DNA of 64,000 nucleotides from Botryllus schlosseri (lineage: Eukaryota), in NCBI GenBank assembly GCA_051294905.1, contig CM119372.1, positions 16,928,001-16,992,000 on the forward strand. Direction: 5' to 3'. Positions 25,493 through 37,700 of the stretch are shown one piece after another (the first letter of the stretch is position 1; every line of letters starts with the position of its first letter). The notes beneath the pieces are model-generated. The model ran no database searches. It had not been told where the DNA came from and was given only the letters and a program-made list of their open reading frames with translations. The position numbers and the translations under genes are program-made.

Positions 25493-27134
25493 ATACCTAG
25501 CAGCCTATGACGTGTCCTAATCTGGAAAAGTGGACTTTGGAACGTTAAACCTGTTTTAGCAGAACATCATTGAAACTTTCTGGATAAAAGGCAGGAAATA
25601 TATTTTCCGCTTTTTAGAAGTAGTATTTGTATTTTTCTTTCAATTACGAGTATGATACGTTGAGTTCTAATTATAGTTTCAGTTCTTTTGTCTCGAGAAC
25701 ATACATGTTGAAGTATAAAAGCAAGTGTAGTAATGCCTTATATTTCCCGAAAATAAAGCTATACAGTGTATGACATTTTTACGGTCTGCCATATTTTTAA
25801 TTAACGTGTAACGCTCTGGTAATCACATTATGTTGTCATTGACCTGTTTTCTAGAAGGTTCGGTAGGAGTTCCACGTGGGAGTCTTGGGGAAGTGCAAGA
25901 ACTTTGGTCTGGCTGGGAGTGTGGCTGGAGGTGCTGGTTGTGAGCGAGTATGCCGGGGTCTGAAGTTGAAGTAGTAGTTCAAGTAGAGTAGTACAGTAGG
26001 AAGTGTCTAGGGTTGATAAGGCTACTGGGGTTTGTGCAGTGATTTATGTGTGTAACGTAGTTGGTGGGATTTTGTGCCAGTGTATGTTTTGCGGTGTAAT
26101 GTCTTTATGTGAATATATGCGTATGAAGCAATGAGGATTTGTGTTACTGGTGCGTGCGATCACGGAAAGGCGAGATCCCGAGCCCACGAACACGACGAAG
26201 TTCCTGATAGGTTTTTGCATGCCATATCAGGGACGCTACAAACGTTTACTAATCGCGCAAACCAGCATCCAACACAACTTCTCCGTAATGCTTTTCGACT
26301 GAACTGGGGGCCTTATAATATGGGGGAGGGTGCCATACCATGATATTCTCTAGGTTGAGTGTTCGAGTAAACAAAGCATGAGTATCGCATTTCCATATCA
26401 ATACTAACATTTACATCCCATGATGTGGACGATTGCTTATTCTGTCAAAAATTGACACCTCCTGGGATGCATCAATATGAAGCAAGCTCTCTGCACTTTC
26501 CGCATAGCTCAATTTGCAGCTTTTGACAGTCCATGCGAACGAATTACGATCGTTTTCACAACTACTTACTTACTTGAGTAGATTTAAAGCCAGTCAATTC
26601 TACTTCTACTTCAAGTAGTTCTAGGTTGCTCATGTAAGAAGTACTTCTACTCGCACTTGAGTAGATTTTTTCGTCACTACTTCTACTTCTACTTGAGTAG
26701 CTTTCTTGACTACTTTGACCGCCTCTGCTTTTCACATCTGTAGCATCTTCCTGGTTTGATATCAAACATGTCAGGTATGAACCCCTATTATCGCCAACTG
26801 GAATTTTTCAAAATACTCTACATTTATGTCCGAGGCAGCCTATTGTTAAAATTGCCATAAGCAATTCTATCCTGGTCATAAACTACAATTTTGGTCGGAT
26901 TGACTTGAATTTGGTACGCATGGACGGGGAATTTTGCGCTTAGTATTCACCCTATTCACCCCCTACCGATGATGCCAGATATAAACCCCTATGATAGCTC
27001 TTCATGCACATGTATGCGCACGTTTTCGGCGCGATATACGCTGAGTATTATGGTATTTATTGCGACTTGTAGACGTTATTTAGACGTTGCTTGAATTGAA
27101 AAGCCGACAAATGTGGAAAGACAAGTTTAAAAAC

Positions 27135-27446
27135 TTCTTTGACAATTTTGGGCAAATGTGCAGTCGATGAAGCATAGTTTATCAGATCTTTTCGAGCAAG
27201 CTGCAACAGCTCTTTTGCCATTTCCAACCACATACCTGTGAGAATCTGGCTTTTAAACTCTGACGATAACCAAAAGATGTATTGCAATAGACTTCAACCG
27301 TAAGATGACATCAGATGTAGGCCTTGACAACCATAATTCCGGAATTCGATAAACTTGTCAAGCAAGTTCAAGAACAAGGCTCTCTTTGAATGTGTGTTGA
27401 GTGAAAAAAGTGCTTGCCCGCGGGTCAAAAAGATTGAGAACCACTG
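27135..27446 (+). pseudogene. 3' fragment of a hAT-Charlie (ZBED5/SCAND3-type) transposase plus right TIR
   Basis: Reads FWANVQ...AATALLPFPTTYL/ESGF*TL...YCNRLQP*DDIRC/ALTTIIPEFDKLVKQVQEQGS with frameshifts, followed by TTGAGAACCACTG. Confidence 0.75.
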
Positions 27447-28106
27447 GATAGTGTGTGGTCCAGCCTTATTGTATTTGCGTTATTTGGCTCGCATATAAAG
27501 AAGTTGGGACACCCATGCTCCGGCCATAGTCATTGTCACGAAAAGCATCGACTGAGGGTCACGGGAAACACGACAGCAAGCTGGTTATTTCGAGCCGAAA
27601 TTCGTAAATATCAACCCGAAACCCGCACAACAGCAATAAAATATTACAATCATCATATCAAATGTCGTACTTGTCATATGTTGTACATGTCCTGTATGAT
27701 CACGATTGCGTCACATGCCGTTAGTGACTAACGAACACACCGGCAATAGGGCTCTTCAAAAATGACTTTTTTTCTCAAATCGTACTGGCTACTTGACAAA
27801 ATTGTTAGGTTACCTAATTTAAGCCTACGCACAAAATTTAGTTCAATTCCAGCCAGTAACCGCTTTGCTACAAGAGAAGAAAGTTTCTATTTATTATATA
27901 AAAATACATAATAAACAATTTACGAACATTTTCTGTTCACCCCATGAAAGTGTTAGGCTGTCTATAGAAACGATGCTCACCAAATTTGGTTCAATTCCAA
28001 CCAGTAGAAGCGGAGTTATTGCCGTCGAAAAATTGGGATTTGAGTAAAATAGTATTTACGGTGACTGATTCTTTGTTTATTTATTATAGTTGTGCTCACC
28101 GTAAAT

Positions 28107-28591
28107 CAGTGATGAGCATCGGAGCGGAGTCGGAGTGGATTCGGAGCGGAGTTTTGCCGATTTTGTGACAGTCGGAGCGGAGTCGGAGTTTACTACAGAT
28201 ATTTTTTCGGAGTATTGTAACTTTTGTCTCTGATATCTTTGGATAGCTCTGACCAGAATACATTATTGATTATGATTGCGAACCAAAACACAGACAGTTG
28301 ACACCTTATAAAGTTGTAATATGACGGGTAACACGCAAAAATGATGGCCAAGTGCGTAAAAATCAGCCATCTGCACTGCAATTGGGGACTGGAGAGTAAA
28401 CAATACTATGAGGCCATGTGTACCATGTGTACCATGTACCATGCTTGCCAATGTTTCGGATACTTGACGAGATTCTTCGGAGTATCTCGGAGTCTGTGAT
28501 TGAGCTCTTCGGAGTCGGAGGGAGTTTTCCTCAGACACTAAAGTTGTCGGAGGGATTCGCAGTCTCGAAAAGCACTATCCGCTCATCATTG
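28107..28591. mobile_element. hAT MITE with CGGAG subterminal repeats (nested)
   Basis: TIRs CAGTGATGAGC...GCTCATCATTG with a perfect TSD CCGTAAAT. Confidence 0.88.
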
Positions 28592-28669
28592 CCGTAAATA
28601 CTATTTTATTCAAATCCAAATTTTTCGACGGCAATAAATAAGCTTCCACTGGTTGGAATTGAACCAAAT

Positions 28670-29025
28670 CCCAGTCACAAGTATGGTGGCGGCGGGACAA
28701 GCCTCCGCAGACGCCCCCAGCCAAAGCCTGCTTGTGACAGCCGTTTGAACCCCTTAACCAGACGCAAAATAAAAGGGAAGTAAAATGGTAGAATGGTGTC
28801 GTGATGAGCTTTGCAACACGGAAGCCTGTTTACAGGTTACCACTATTATCTTGCCACGCAGTAAAGACACCGAGATGGGTGCTTTTGTGTACTTTGGACA
28901 CAAAAGGGCCCTATAACGGCGCTTGGGACTTTGCACTATGTGTAAAACATAGTCTGTAACAAGCGTAGCAGGGTGGAGGTCTTACTGCGGTTCCTCCAGG
29001 TTACCCTTTAAAAAAAAAAAGAAAA
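28670..29025 (+). mobile_element. A-tailed, hairpin-rich insertion (SINE-like or LINE 3' end)
   Basis: It interrupts the right arm of the foldback element, ends in an A-run and contains several stem-loops. Confidence 0.5.
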
Positions 29026-29110
29026 TGAGCATCATTTCCATAGACAGCCTAACACCTTCATGGGGTGAACAGAAAATTCTCAAATTTTTTATCATTTATT
29101 TTTATGGTTG

Positions 29111-29208
29111 CCGGTGAACTCGGACCTCGGTGAACCCGGCCTTACAAACTCGGCCCTCGGTGAACTCGGCCCTCAGTGAACTCGGCCCTCGGTGAATTCC
29201 GCCCTCGG
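29111..29208. repeat. Tandem 16-bp repeat GGTGAACTCGGCCCTC
   Basis: About six head-to-tail imperfect copies with no spacers. Confidence 0.85.
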
Positions 29209-29315
29209 GAAATTTTGTAATTAAGTGTATTAACAAGTATTAATATGAATTATTACACTAAGAATGTTATTATCAACTGATTTGTCAATCTTGTAAGGAG
29301 GTCAGGGCATGCGTA

Positions 29316-29378
29316 GATCACGCAGTCACGGCGTGATCAGATCACGCAGTCACGGCGTGATCAGATCACGTGATCACG
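29316..29378. repeat. Tandem 24-bp self-complementary repeat AGATCACGCAGTCACGGCGTGATC
   Basis: Two full copies plus a shortened AGATCACGTGATC. Confidence 0.8.
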
Positions 29379-30225
29379 GATTGCGCAAGCGCCAAGCGCG
29401 GGAAAGAACGCGACGGTCACATATCGATCACGGCTCATACCGCGGTCAAGGATACCGAACAATCACAATCAAGTTAGTGGTTTTCAACAGGACTTCGCTA
29501 GTTCCGCCTTGCAGAAACTTCAATAAAACCACATTTAAATATCTAATTCCAAAATTGGTCAAAAAGATTGAGAACCACTGGTATACTAATTTGATTATGT
29601 TTATAGACTTCGGTCACCAATTCTTCAGCAGTTCTGATGGACACTAGGTGCACTTGAAATAATGAAGTGTGGATTATCTGGCCGTTCGCCAACCTATGTC
29701 AGACGTCTGTTATCTGTACATCGTTACGACCTTGGTGCATAATTGCTCTCGGGCTAAATAGATTTCTCGGCCGTTTTAGTACCGGGGTTATGTAGACTTA
29801 ATTGTTGCCGCAATCGCAGCACCAATATAATACTGTAGGTTTTCGCAACTGTATGATTGCCACCTTGACAATCCTCGTGATACTATCTCAAATTGCACAG
29901 TCGCGTATAGTCGAAATCCTAGTCAGGTCTTGATTCGGATTTGTCATTGATCAAACCTGCATGTGTGCGCGACTGTGCTGCATGTTCTCAGTTCACCGCC
30001 AGTCCAGATGCGCTCACACAGTAGCAGGGCACAATCTTCCTCTCAAACGCTGAAGATTCGGTAATCCACCATCACGATGAATACCGCTGACTAACTGCTG
30101 ACTAAAGAATGGAAAAAGGTCAACACAATCACGCTGCCATCGCCATATAGCGTCATGGTTGCTGTAAATATTTCAATTCTGATCAATATTGCGCTGATCG
30201 CTGGCAATTTCTAGTGTGTGTGTAG

Positions 30226-30662
30226 TAGTGCGGAGCGGATCGACAAATTTTCTGGTCCGGCTCCGATCCGGTTGTTCAGTTATCTGGTCCGGCTCCGATC
30301 CGGCTCCGGACGTATCAGGAAAAAGTACTGATCCGGCTCCAATCCGGCTCAGGCCAAAAATGTAAAAGTCCGGCCAGAAATCCGGCCCTACACGGTACGG
30401 GGGTTGCGTGAATTTATAAATATACCTTATTTATTTTCGCACTGGCTTGGCGGTTACTTGTGTGTGGTTGGTTGGTAGTTATTTAGTTATAAAAGTCATG
30501 CTTATCCATAAAGATTCTGGCCTTATCAAAAAAGTAGTGATCCGGCTCCAATCCGGCTCCGGCCGTAACTGAAAAAATACTGATCCGGCTCCGATCCGGT
30601 CCGGCCAAAATTTAAAAATCCGGCCGGATATCCAATCCGGCTCCGGTCCATGCTCCGCACTA
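30226..30662. mobile_element. hAT MITE with TCCGG subterminal repeats
   Basis: TIRs TAGTGCGGAGC...GCTCCGCACTA with a perfect TSD GTGTGTAG. Confidence 0.9.
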
Positions 30663-32438
30663 GTGTGTAGAGTGTAGTGTGTAGATCTGGCTATACTTCC
30701 CGATCTCGCGAGTCTAACTTGCTATTTACCGGAAGCACATTCGCGATATGCCGGTATATCGATATACTACTAGGGTTGCATTTGAAACAAACGGTGTTTT
30801 AAAACATTTTGATTAAAACAGGGGTCGCCAACTCAAAACGGGTCGTGGGCCACTTTTCAAATGTCGTAGCGGCCGCGGTCCGCATGAATTCAAAATCGAT
30901 ATAAAATAGGCCATGCTGCTTAGCAACCACGTTTTAAAACTTCATGTCAGTACCACGGTGTGTTATCTAACATAGGCGATAGGCATAGTTACCACAAAAG
31001 AAGTAATGTTTTATCAAAGGAATACAAATGCAACAAAAAATCAAGATCATCGATTTAATTTTATTCTGCCCTCTGAGCTGTGTACGATACATGGCAACGA
31101 TTTTCCGCGACTAAAGAATCGATATTGGGGCTAGCGAGAGACGTAGCTGTAGCTGAAAGACCATCTTCACGTAAAGCTTGATTTTATCGTGAAGACCTAG
31201 GCCGTTTTCTTTGCGTCTCGGTCTTGGTAGTGTTTGAGCCATTGTATATACGTCGACGGCAATAAGCCCAATAGGGCTGTTCAAAAACTTTGTTTTTTCA
31301 AATTTCACTGGCTACGTGGTAAAATTATTATGTTGGCTGAAACAACGCTGCACACCAAATTTTGCCCTATTCCAACCATTAGAAGCGAGATTCTTACTGT
31401 AGAAAGTTTTAAATTCATCATTTCAAATTCTTTCTGCCAATCCCGTAAAATTGTTAGGCTGTCAGTAGAGACGATACACACCACATTTGGCTCAATTCCA
31501 ACCAGTAGAAGAGAAGTTATGGTAAACTTCATTTAACGCTGCCATTTTGATATTAGATATTTATACGTGATTCTACTGAAGTTCTGCAAGGTGGAACTAG
31601 CGAAGTCCAGTTGAAAACTACTAACTTGATTAAGACAGTTCGGTATCCTTTCAAATTAATGCGATTTTGCGGTTTCCTGTAGCCTCTGTTATGCTGTCGG
31701 GAGTCAGAATTTAACGAAGCTTGTTAAAAGTCTCCGCAGCGTTCGCATAAAACTTGTCCGAAACGAGTTGTAGGCGACTTTTAAATATTTTCGCACAACA
31801 CTTGCACCATTGTGACGAACGCCTAAAGTAGATGATGAATTCACCATTACGGCACCATGGAGAAAAATATACGTTCCAAACGACTAAATCAGCGCTTTTC
31901 GATCTTTCTAAGCACCATCCATACTTTTTTTTTGCAGAAAATTCATCCGCACAAACCAACCGAATATTGTTTTACAAAGAGAACATTGAGACACCTAACA
32001 ATATCTTTTCATATGTGCAACTAGTAGGCTACCGGTTTAAGCCATCAAGTGTCCCATTAAAAAGACAACTGTTTTCCCTCGTTTTGATTTTAACTATACT
32101 GCACTAAAACTCTTTTCGGCCAAATAAGTGTTAAGTTATGTACAAGAACTTCTGGTGCTTGGATAGCAAAGTCTTTATAAGAACCATCCAACAGTCCTAT
32201 CCAAAATATAGCGTATTTTCCCGGGGTGAAAAATGCTTGCAGGCAGGACTCGCGAGTATTATTATTCTTATTTGGATAGTGGCGCTTATGATCGATTAGG
32301 TCTTTTGCACCACGTGCGTAATGATTAACATACACAGGTTTTCTCACACGATAAAATTCCACAAGCGGGGTTACCAATTGGGGAGACGTGAGAACATTTT
32401 CTAGTCAAAATACGATGTCTTATATGTGCACGATTCAA

Positions 32439-32621
32439 CTAGAAACCGACGGTGAAATCAAATCGAGAACAACGTAATATAAAATGCGATCTTGTTTCGG
32501 GGGTGTCGTTTGTTCGACAATTGGGAGTCTCCGAGCATTTGATACGGTATAAATGTGAGTTCAAGCTATAAAGACCCGTCCTCAGACAAAATAATAGACG
32601 GTCGTAGCCTTGTAGGCCCAA
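32439..32621 (-). pseudogene. Non-LTR retrotransposon ORF2 C-terminal zinc-knuckle remnant
   Basis: LRTGLYSLNSHLYRIKCSETPNCRTNDTPETRSHFILRCSRF resembles the RLRTGH..LN.HL.RI....P.C..C...ET..H....C motif. Confidence 0.65.
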
Positions 32622-32874
32622 TTGTCTTACGAAGCCAATAATTTATCACATTTGGACGGTTGTGTTCGAGTTTCCTACTTCAGCTATTTGCGAATAGTAC
32701 TACCTGCAACGAGGCAACCTTACGCGGGTCACTGGAGCTGCTGGCACTCTGATCGTTCGGGGAGCGAGCGCCACCGATCATGTAAGTTCACGAATATGTG
32801 GTGCGCGACAGGGACGGTAGGGGGATTTAGCCCACGACATTGCGGTTGAGTATTTGCATCTATATTATATACTA

Positions 32875-33270
32875 TAGGATTACCATGCGTCCTATTCTAA
32901 GAGTATTTGTCCTCTCTTTCGACTTTTTTGAAAGTGTCCTCGGAGGACGCCCTCTTCTCCTCTTTTTTGAGAATTTTGGGCAAATTTACGGCCAAACTCG
33001 ATAGAGATGCCGTAAATCAGCACCGAAGAAACGCCCTGGTGGGTATTTCGGGAGCTGAGCCGGAGATTGTCATTTTTTTAGGCAACCACCTGATAATGTG
33101 AAGGAAAAAACTGTACTTTGGTCGTTGAGCGAGAAAGTTGACCTTTTTTTTAGTCAACCGACCACGAAGTAGGAAAAATTTGCCATTTTTCACGATTATC
33201 CTCCGGTTTTGCAGTCTGAAAATTCTGAAAAAGTGTCCTCTTTCCAGATTTCCAAAATACGGTAACCCTA
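32875..33270. mobile_element. Second copy of the TAGGGTTACC MITE family
   Basis: TAGGATTACCATGCGTCCT...TACGGTAACCCTA; reverse-complement similarity to 15275-15619. Confidence 0.78.
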
Positions 33271-34220
33271 ATCTATACTCCCCGCAACTTCATTCCCGGG
33301 TCTTGTATGGCTACTTCGTCCTGCTACGGCGTATGATTTCGCTGCCACTTTTGCTCGACCTCGTGAGTCATCACTACCATCACTATCTCGGATGAATTGA
33401 GAAATAAGTATAGTATGCTACGATTTTACGAGCATGTATGACATATAGAGAACGGGCAGACAACAATTGTACGCAACATAGCTCTACGTAACATGTCTGA
33501 CACACGCGATTTCAAATTCGGATAAATTATTTCCCTCTGCGCGTCGCATTTGTACCACTGCCCACTCAGATTGTGAGGACGGGACTATTCGGTGTCGACT
33601 GCCGACCATTTCGACGACCGAGCATTTCAATATCGAAAGTTTTGGTCAACCAGTTACGGTAATTTTGACAGGGTTTTGGTGGACGGTGAACAGTCAACTG
33701 GGTAGTGAAGTGATGATGTGAACGTTCGATTCACTTTCGCTATTCGTATGCCAACCTAAATAACTCAGAGGTTCGCATTCGCAAACGAAAAATGTTTTAC
33801 CCATAGATTTCAACTTGCTATCATTCGCCGCATCTCTGTTGTAACAAGAACTGAGAGAATCTTGCATTGCTACCATTCATTTTTCTATGTCAATGGTTCC
33901 CAACCTTTTATTTGCAGTCGTGCCGCAATCTCCGATTTCAATATGTTCCGCGACCCACCTCTAAATTTGGCAAACACCCTCGTCAAGACCTTATTTATGA
34001 AGCCGATTACTGAAAATAGAACGGTCAGCTCCTTCGACAAACATACGGAGGCTGGACAGCACCTTCTCGAAGCCCGGAAAAAATGCGAACGACCCCCAGG
34101 TTGCATACCACGCTGCTCGATGAGCAAGTAACTAGTCCAACAGTTATAAATACATTCCGATCTCTCTGCACAATTAACAAATTCCAGTATATTTCAAGCA
34201 TAAGATGAGCAATGATAAAT

Positions 34221-34226
34221 TTTATT
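34221..34226 (-). terminator. Candidate polyadenylation signal (AATAAA) for XDH copy B
   Basis: tttatt on the + strand about 500 nt downstream of the copy B stop codon. There is no transcript evidence. Confidence 0.3.
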
Positions 34227-34728
34227 TTTCAACAACAAATAAACGTGATGTCTAACAATGCGATTATTCTGGTGGAGTATTGCTATACACATTAGTTATC
34301 TTTTTTGTGGCGTCATCAGGGATGACCCTACAGAAGTTACCCCTGGAACTGTATGTGACATTCCGTTCTACATCATGTATGACTGACGTACTGCATAATG
34401 TAGGCCTACATAACACAATGGTATTGGCATTTGGGGCCAACATATTCTTCAGATGAGTATAGTACATAGTTACATCAGTCAGTCAAAACTGTCTATAGAT
34501 TAGATCTACAAAGGCCAATGTAAATCAGACGATTCATTTTGACGCTAATCATCATAGCTCCCAATGCGGTACAGGTAGACACTACACAATAAATTACAAG
34601 ACGCTAACACTGCCAGTGAAACGGCAATAATATTTGGAAGAGATCTGATCATTCCACAATGAAGCATACGTTTACACTGCACACAATCGATCGACCTTCT
34701 GACTATTTCAAGCTCCAGAGTCACGTAT

Positions 34729-37700
34729 TCAAGTCCGCACTGACCACGATCCTCTCCCTTGTGTCTGCTCATTTGTTATCCCAGCCTTGAAAGAATAAGA
34801 GCCTAGTTACAATGCGCTACGAAATAATCATGGTAAACACGATGATAACGATGTCATCGGTTTATCCGCTATTGTGGTCCATTACGCTAAGTTCATTTTT
34901 ATGAAATATTTACACCGGAAATTTCAAACAAATCAAGGCTTCTGGAGTGTAACACCTGCAATATAATCTACTGGCTGCAAGGCCAGGAAGTCGCGAGGTA
35001 CTTTATCGAGCACCGATGAAGACCTCGATCCTTTCCTGGCACGCAGCAGGCAATATTCAATTCAATATTCAATTTTCCCGTGTAGAATACGGCCATTAGG
35101 GTGGCGGTGAGACAACGTGAAGTTCCACAACTTCGACACCAATGGGTTTCAAGTTCTAGTCCGACCACGGTCGACCCAAAATTCCTACCGAAGTGTCGTA
35201 GACTTATCAGGTACCTCCTCGCAATCTGATTCGCGAAAGCGGTGTCTTACCGAAGCCTATAGATCGAAAGTGGGACGTGCTACAAGTAGTCAGATCAGGA
35301 GTATTAGTAAAGAATACCGGCCTGGCGTAATATGAATGTCCATGAATGTACCATGAATATAAAAAACACAAGCGACCATTATTGTAATGAAATAACCCAT
35401 TTCTCAAAGGTGGTGGTAAATGACTAAATGAGATAATCACGCGAGCTTATTCCAAATGTCCCTGCTTCTTCGACCAACGGGGAACGATCAGTTGGTGAAA
35501 CAGACAATAATATAAGAAAGGGATCATATCCCCATATGGAGTTACTCGCTCGTGCGCAATGCTTATGCTTACGCCGTCTGTGACTTTCTTACCAATTTTG
35601 TGAAATTATCTTGGCAGGCGTTTCGAATTCTCTCACACGTCGCTGGGCTGTCCAATCGGTAAGGTCCGCTGATTCCCGATTCCTCCCTTGCCGATTTTAT
35701 ACCATCTTTAATGGCACAAAATACGGAAGTTCCGAGTAGTAAAGGCGGCTCTCCAACGGCCTGCAGCAAACAAAGTTGTCAGGTTGATGATGTCCCTCAT
35801 CGAAAACCCAGTAACAGAGGCCACATCAGCAATTATTTCAGTTTTCTCATCCCCTACTGCCCCCGGATAATGGACTATCCGTTTCTGGGAAATCACAAAC
35901 CGAGACATATCAAGTTTTGCACAACATGTGACGCAACGTGGGTTTGAAAGTCCGACCCCAAATGAAATGACCTCTCCACGCACCACCTCCTCTACACACA
36001 TACATATACACACAACGCTACAGTAAATATGCATGAAAGTATTCAATTTCAGTCGAGCCCACTACGTCAGTGGTTCTCAAACTGGTGGGCGCCCACCTTC
36101 GGGGGAGTGAGAGCATAGGGGGCGTGAAGCTGCGGTCAACTGAAAAAAAATTCCCTCCCTGCGCGATTTACCTCTAATTCATAGCTATTGCTCGGTGTAT
36201 AGTCCGAATTTCATATTTGAGAATTCTCTCATCAACAGTCATAACCTTCCATGCCATCAAACTATCCGTTGGAATTGCTAGCATTCTGGTTGCCTTTTGT
36301 GATATGACGATAAGGGGCGCGCGAAATATTTCAGTATCATAAAGGGGGGCGTGTCTAAAATGTCTGAGAACCACTGCACTACATAGTTATTGAACCTACC
36401 CGAGCTGAGTACACTCCGACTTCGTTTGGTGAGTCTCGAAAGAAATGTATATTGAACTGGCGGGGAGTGTCACTGAGTGCCGGGATTTTGTAGGAACCAG
36501 GCCCCACTGTCAACAACCGACCCGATCCCGAATGTAATGGCTCTTCCATCGTCATCAAACCAACGCCTTGGGTGAAAGCACCTTCAACCTTGAAATTTCG
36601 GTCAATTTGTTTCGTTCTCATTTCGCATGGCGTCGACCTAAGTACCTGACCAATATCCAATGCTGGGTTGATACTTCTACCAACGTCGATTACGATATCT
36701 GCTCTGAGAATTGCATGGTGTCCGGTGAGGACATCTATTTCCACGATAGCCGCCGCAGACGCACACGTCTGGTACATGCTCCATTCACCGTAGTTTTTAC
36801 CGGTTTTACGATCCCATGTCGTTCCTAAATGTGCTGTCTCTGGTGACCTATTCATAAAACAATAGTTGAAGTAGTAAGCATCACATCTCATCTCAGGAGT
36901 TCTCTGGAGGTCACACACACACTCAACTCATACACATGATTTTTGATGACTCCCACGTCATGGCCATCATTGGTTGCAGAGAGTTATGCCCCATCAGTAT
37001 TCGAGTTATGACTGCTGTGGCGGTACGTCATGTGCAGTGACGTACGCAGGGGAGGTTAGAGTTCGAAATCGAAACCCCGTCCTTCCGAAATGTCAATTCT
37101 ATATCTCCAATATTTATTGGCTCAGTAGCAATTAAGAAATTGGTATCACTTTGCCACTTTGTAGGCCTCGCATTTCTGAACTAGTATATGAAAGAACACA
37201 GCAGAAGCACTGATTTGCGATAAATATCGACTATAATGGTGTCGCTTAGTCTGAAAATCATATATTAATGGCTCTATCCTTTTAAAATTCTGTTGATGCA
37301 CATTTTATTTTGTGCACCGGTGATCTATAGCAATGTAATCGATGTGAAGTTAGATGCGAAAGGTGGTAGTTTTTTGTTTATATGACCTGGGTTCCCCAGG
37401 TGTTAGGTATTCCCCCGGTTATTAATGGTTAAGAACCACTGTCTCAACACCATCTATATGCTTGATGGCTTCGGCTCCAAGAGATTGTGGATTCATTCAT
37501 AAACACGAAGTCGAAGCGGCATATTGAGATTTATTGTCATCAATATATTCATATGCGTATATAGAAGGATGAAAATTGCAGGGGGATGATTTTTTTGATA
37601 CTGGCAAAAGGCCTCATGAGATCATCAATATTCATCGTGAGTTCTTGACCTAATGAATACTGATGACATAACACTATACAAGTCAAACATTTGAAGAGGC

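Larger units (their letters stand above)
27748..29085. mobile_element. Foldback-type repeat element interrupted by two insertions
   Basis: The left arm (about 27915-28064) is the reverse complement of 28096-28106 + 28600-28669 + 29026-29085. Related units lie at 31271-31520. Confidence 0.7.

Noticed and set aside
25850..26130. G/T-skewed tract as a LINE fragment or regulatory element
   Set aside because: The strand skew is real, but I could support no protein motif or repeat boundary.
24172..26728. One large element bounded by CTACTT-rich ends
   Set aside because: Both ends carry CTACTT repeats, but I could not find matching TIRs or a TSD, so the boundaries are unsupported.
29111..29208. 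CRISPR-like regular repeats
   Set aside because: The units are head-to-tail with no unique spacers, the context is eukaryotic and no cas genes are present.
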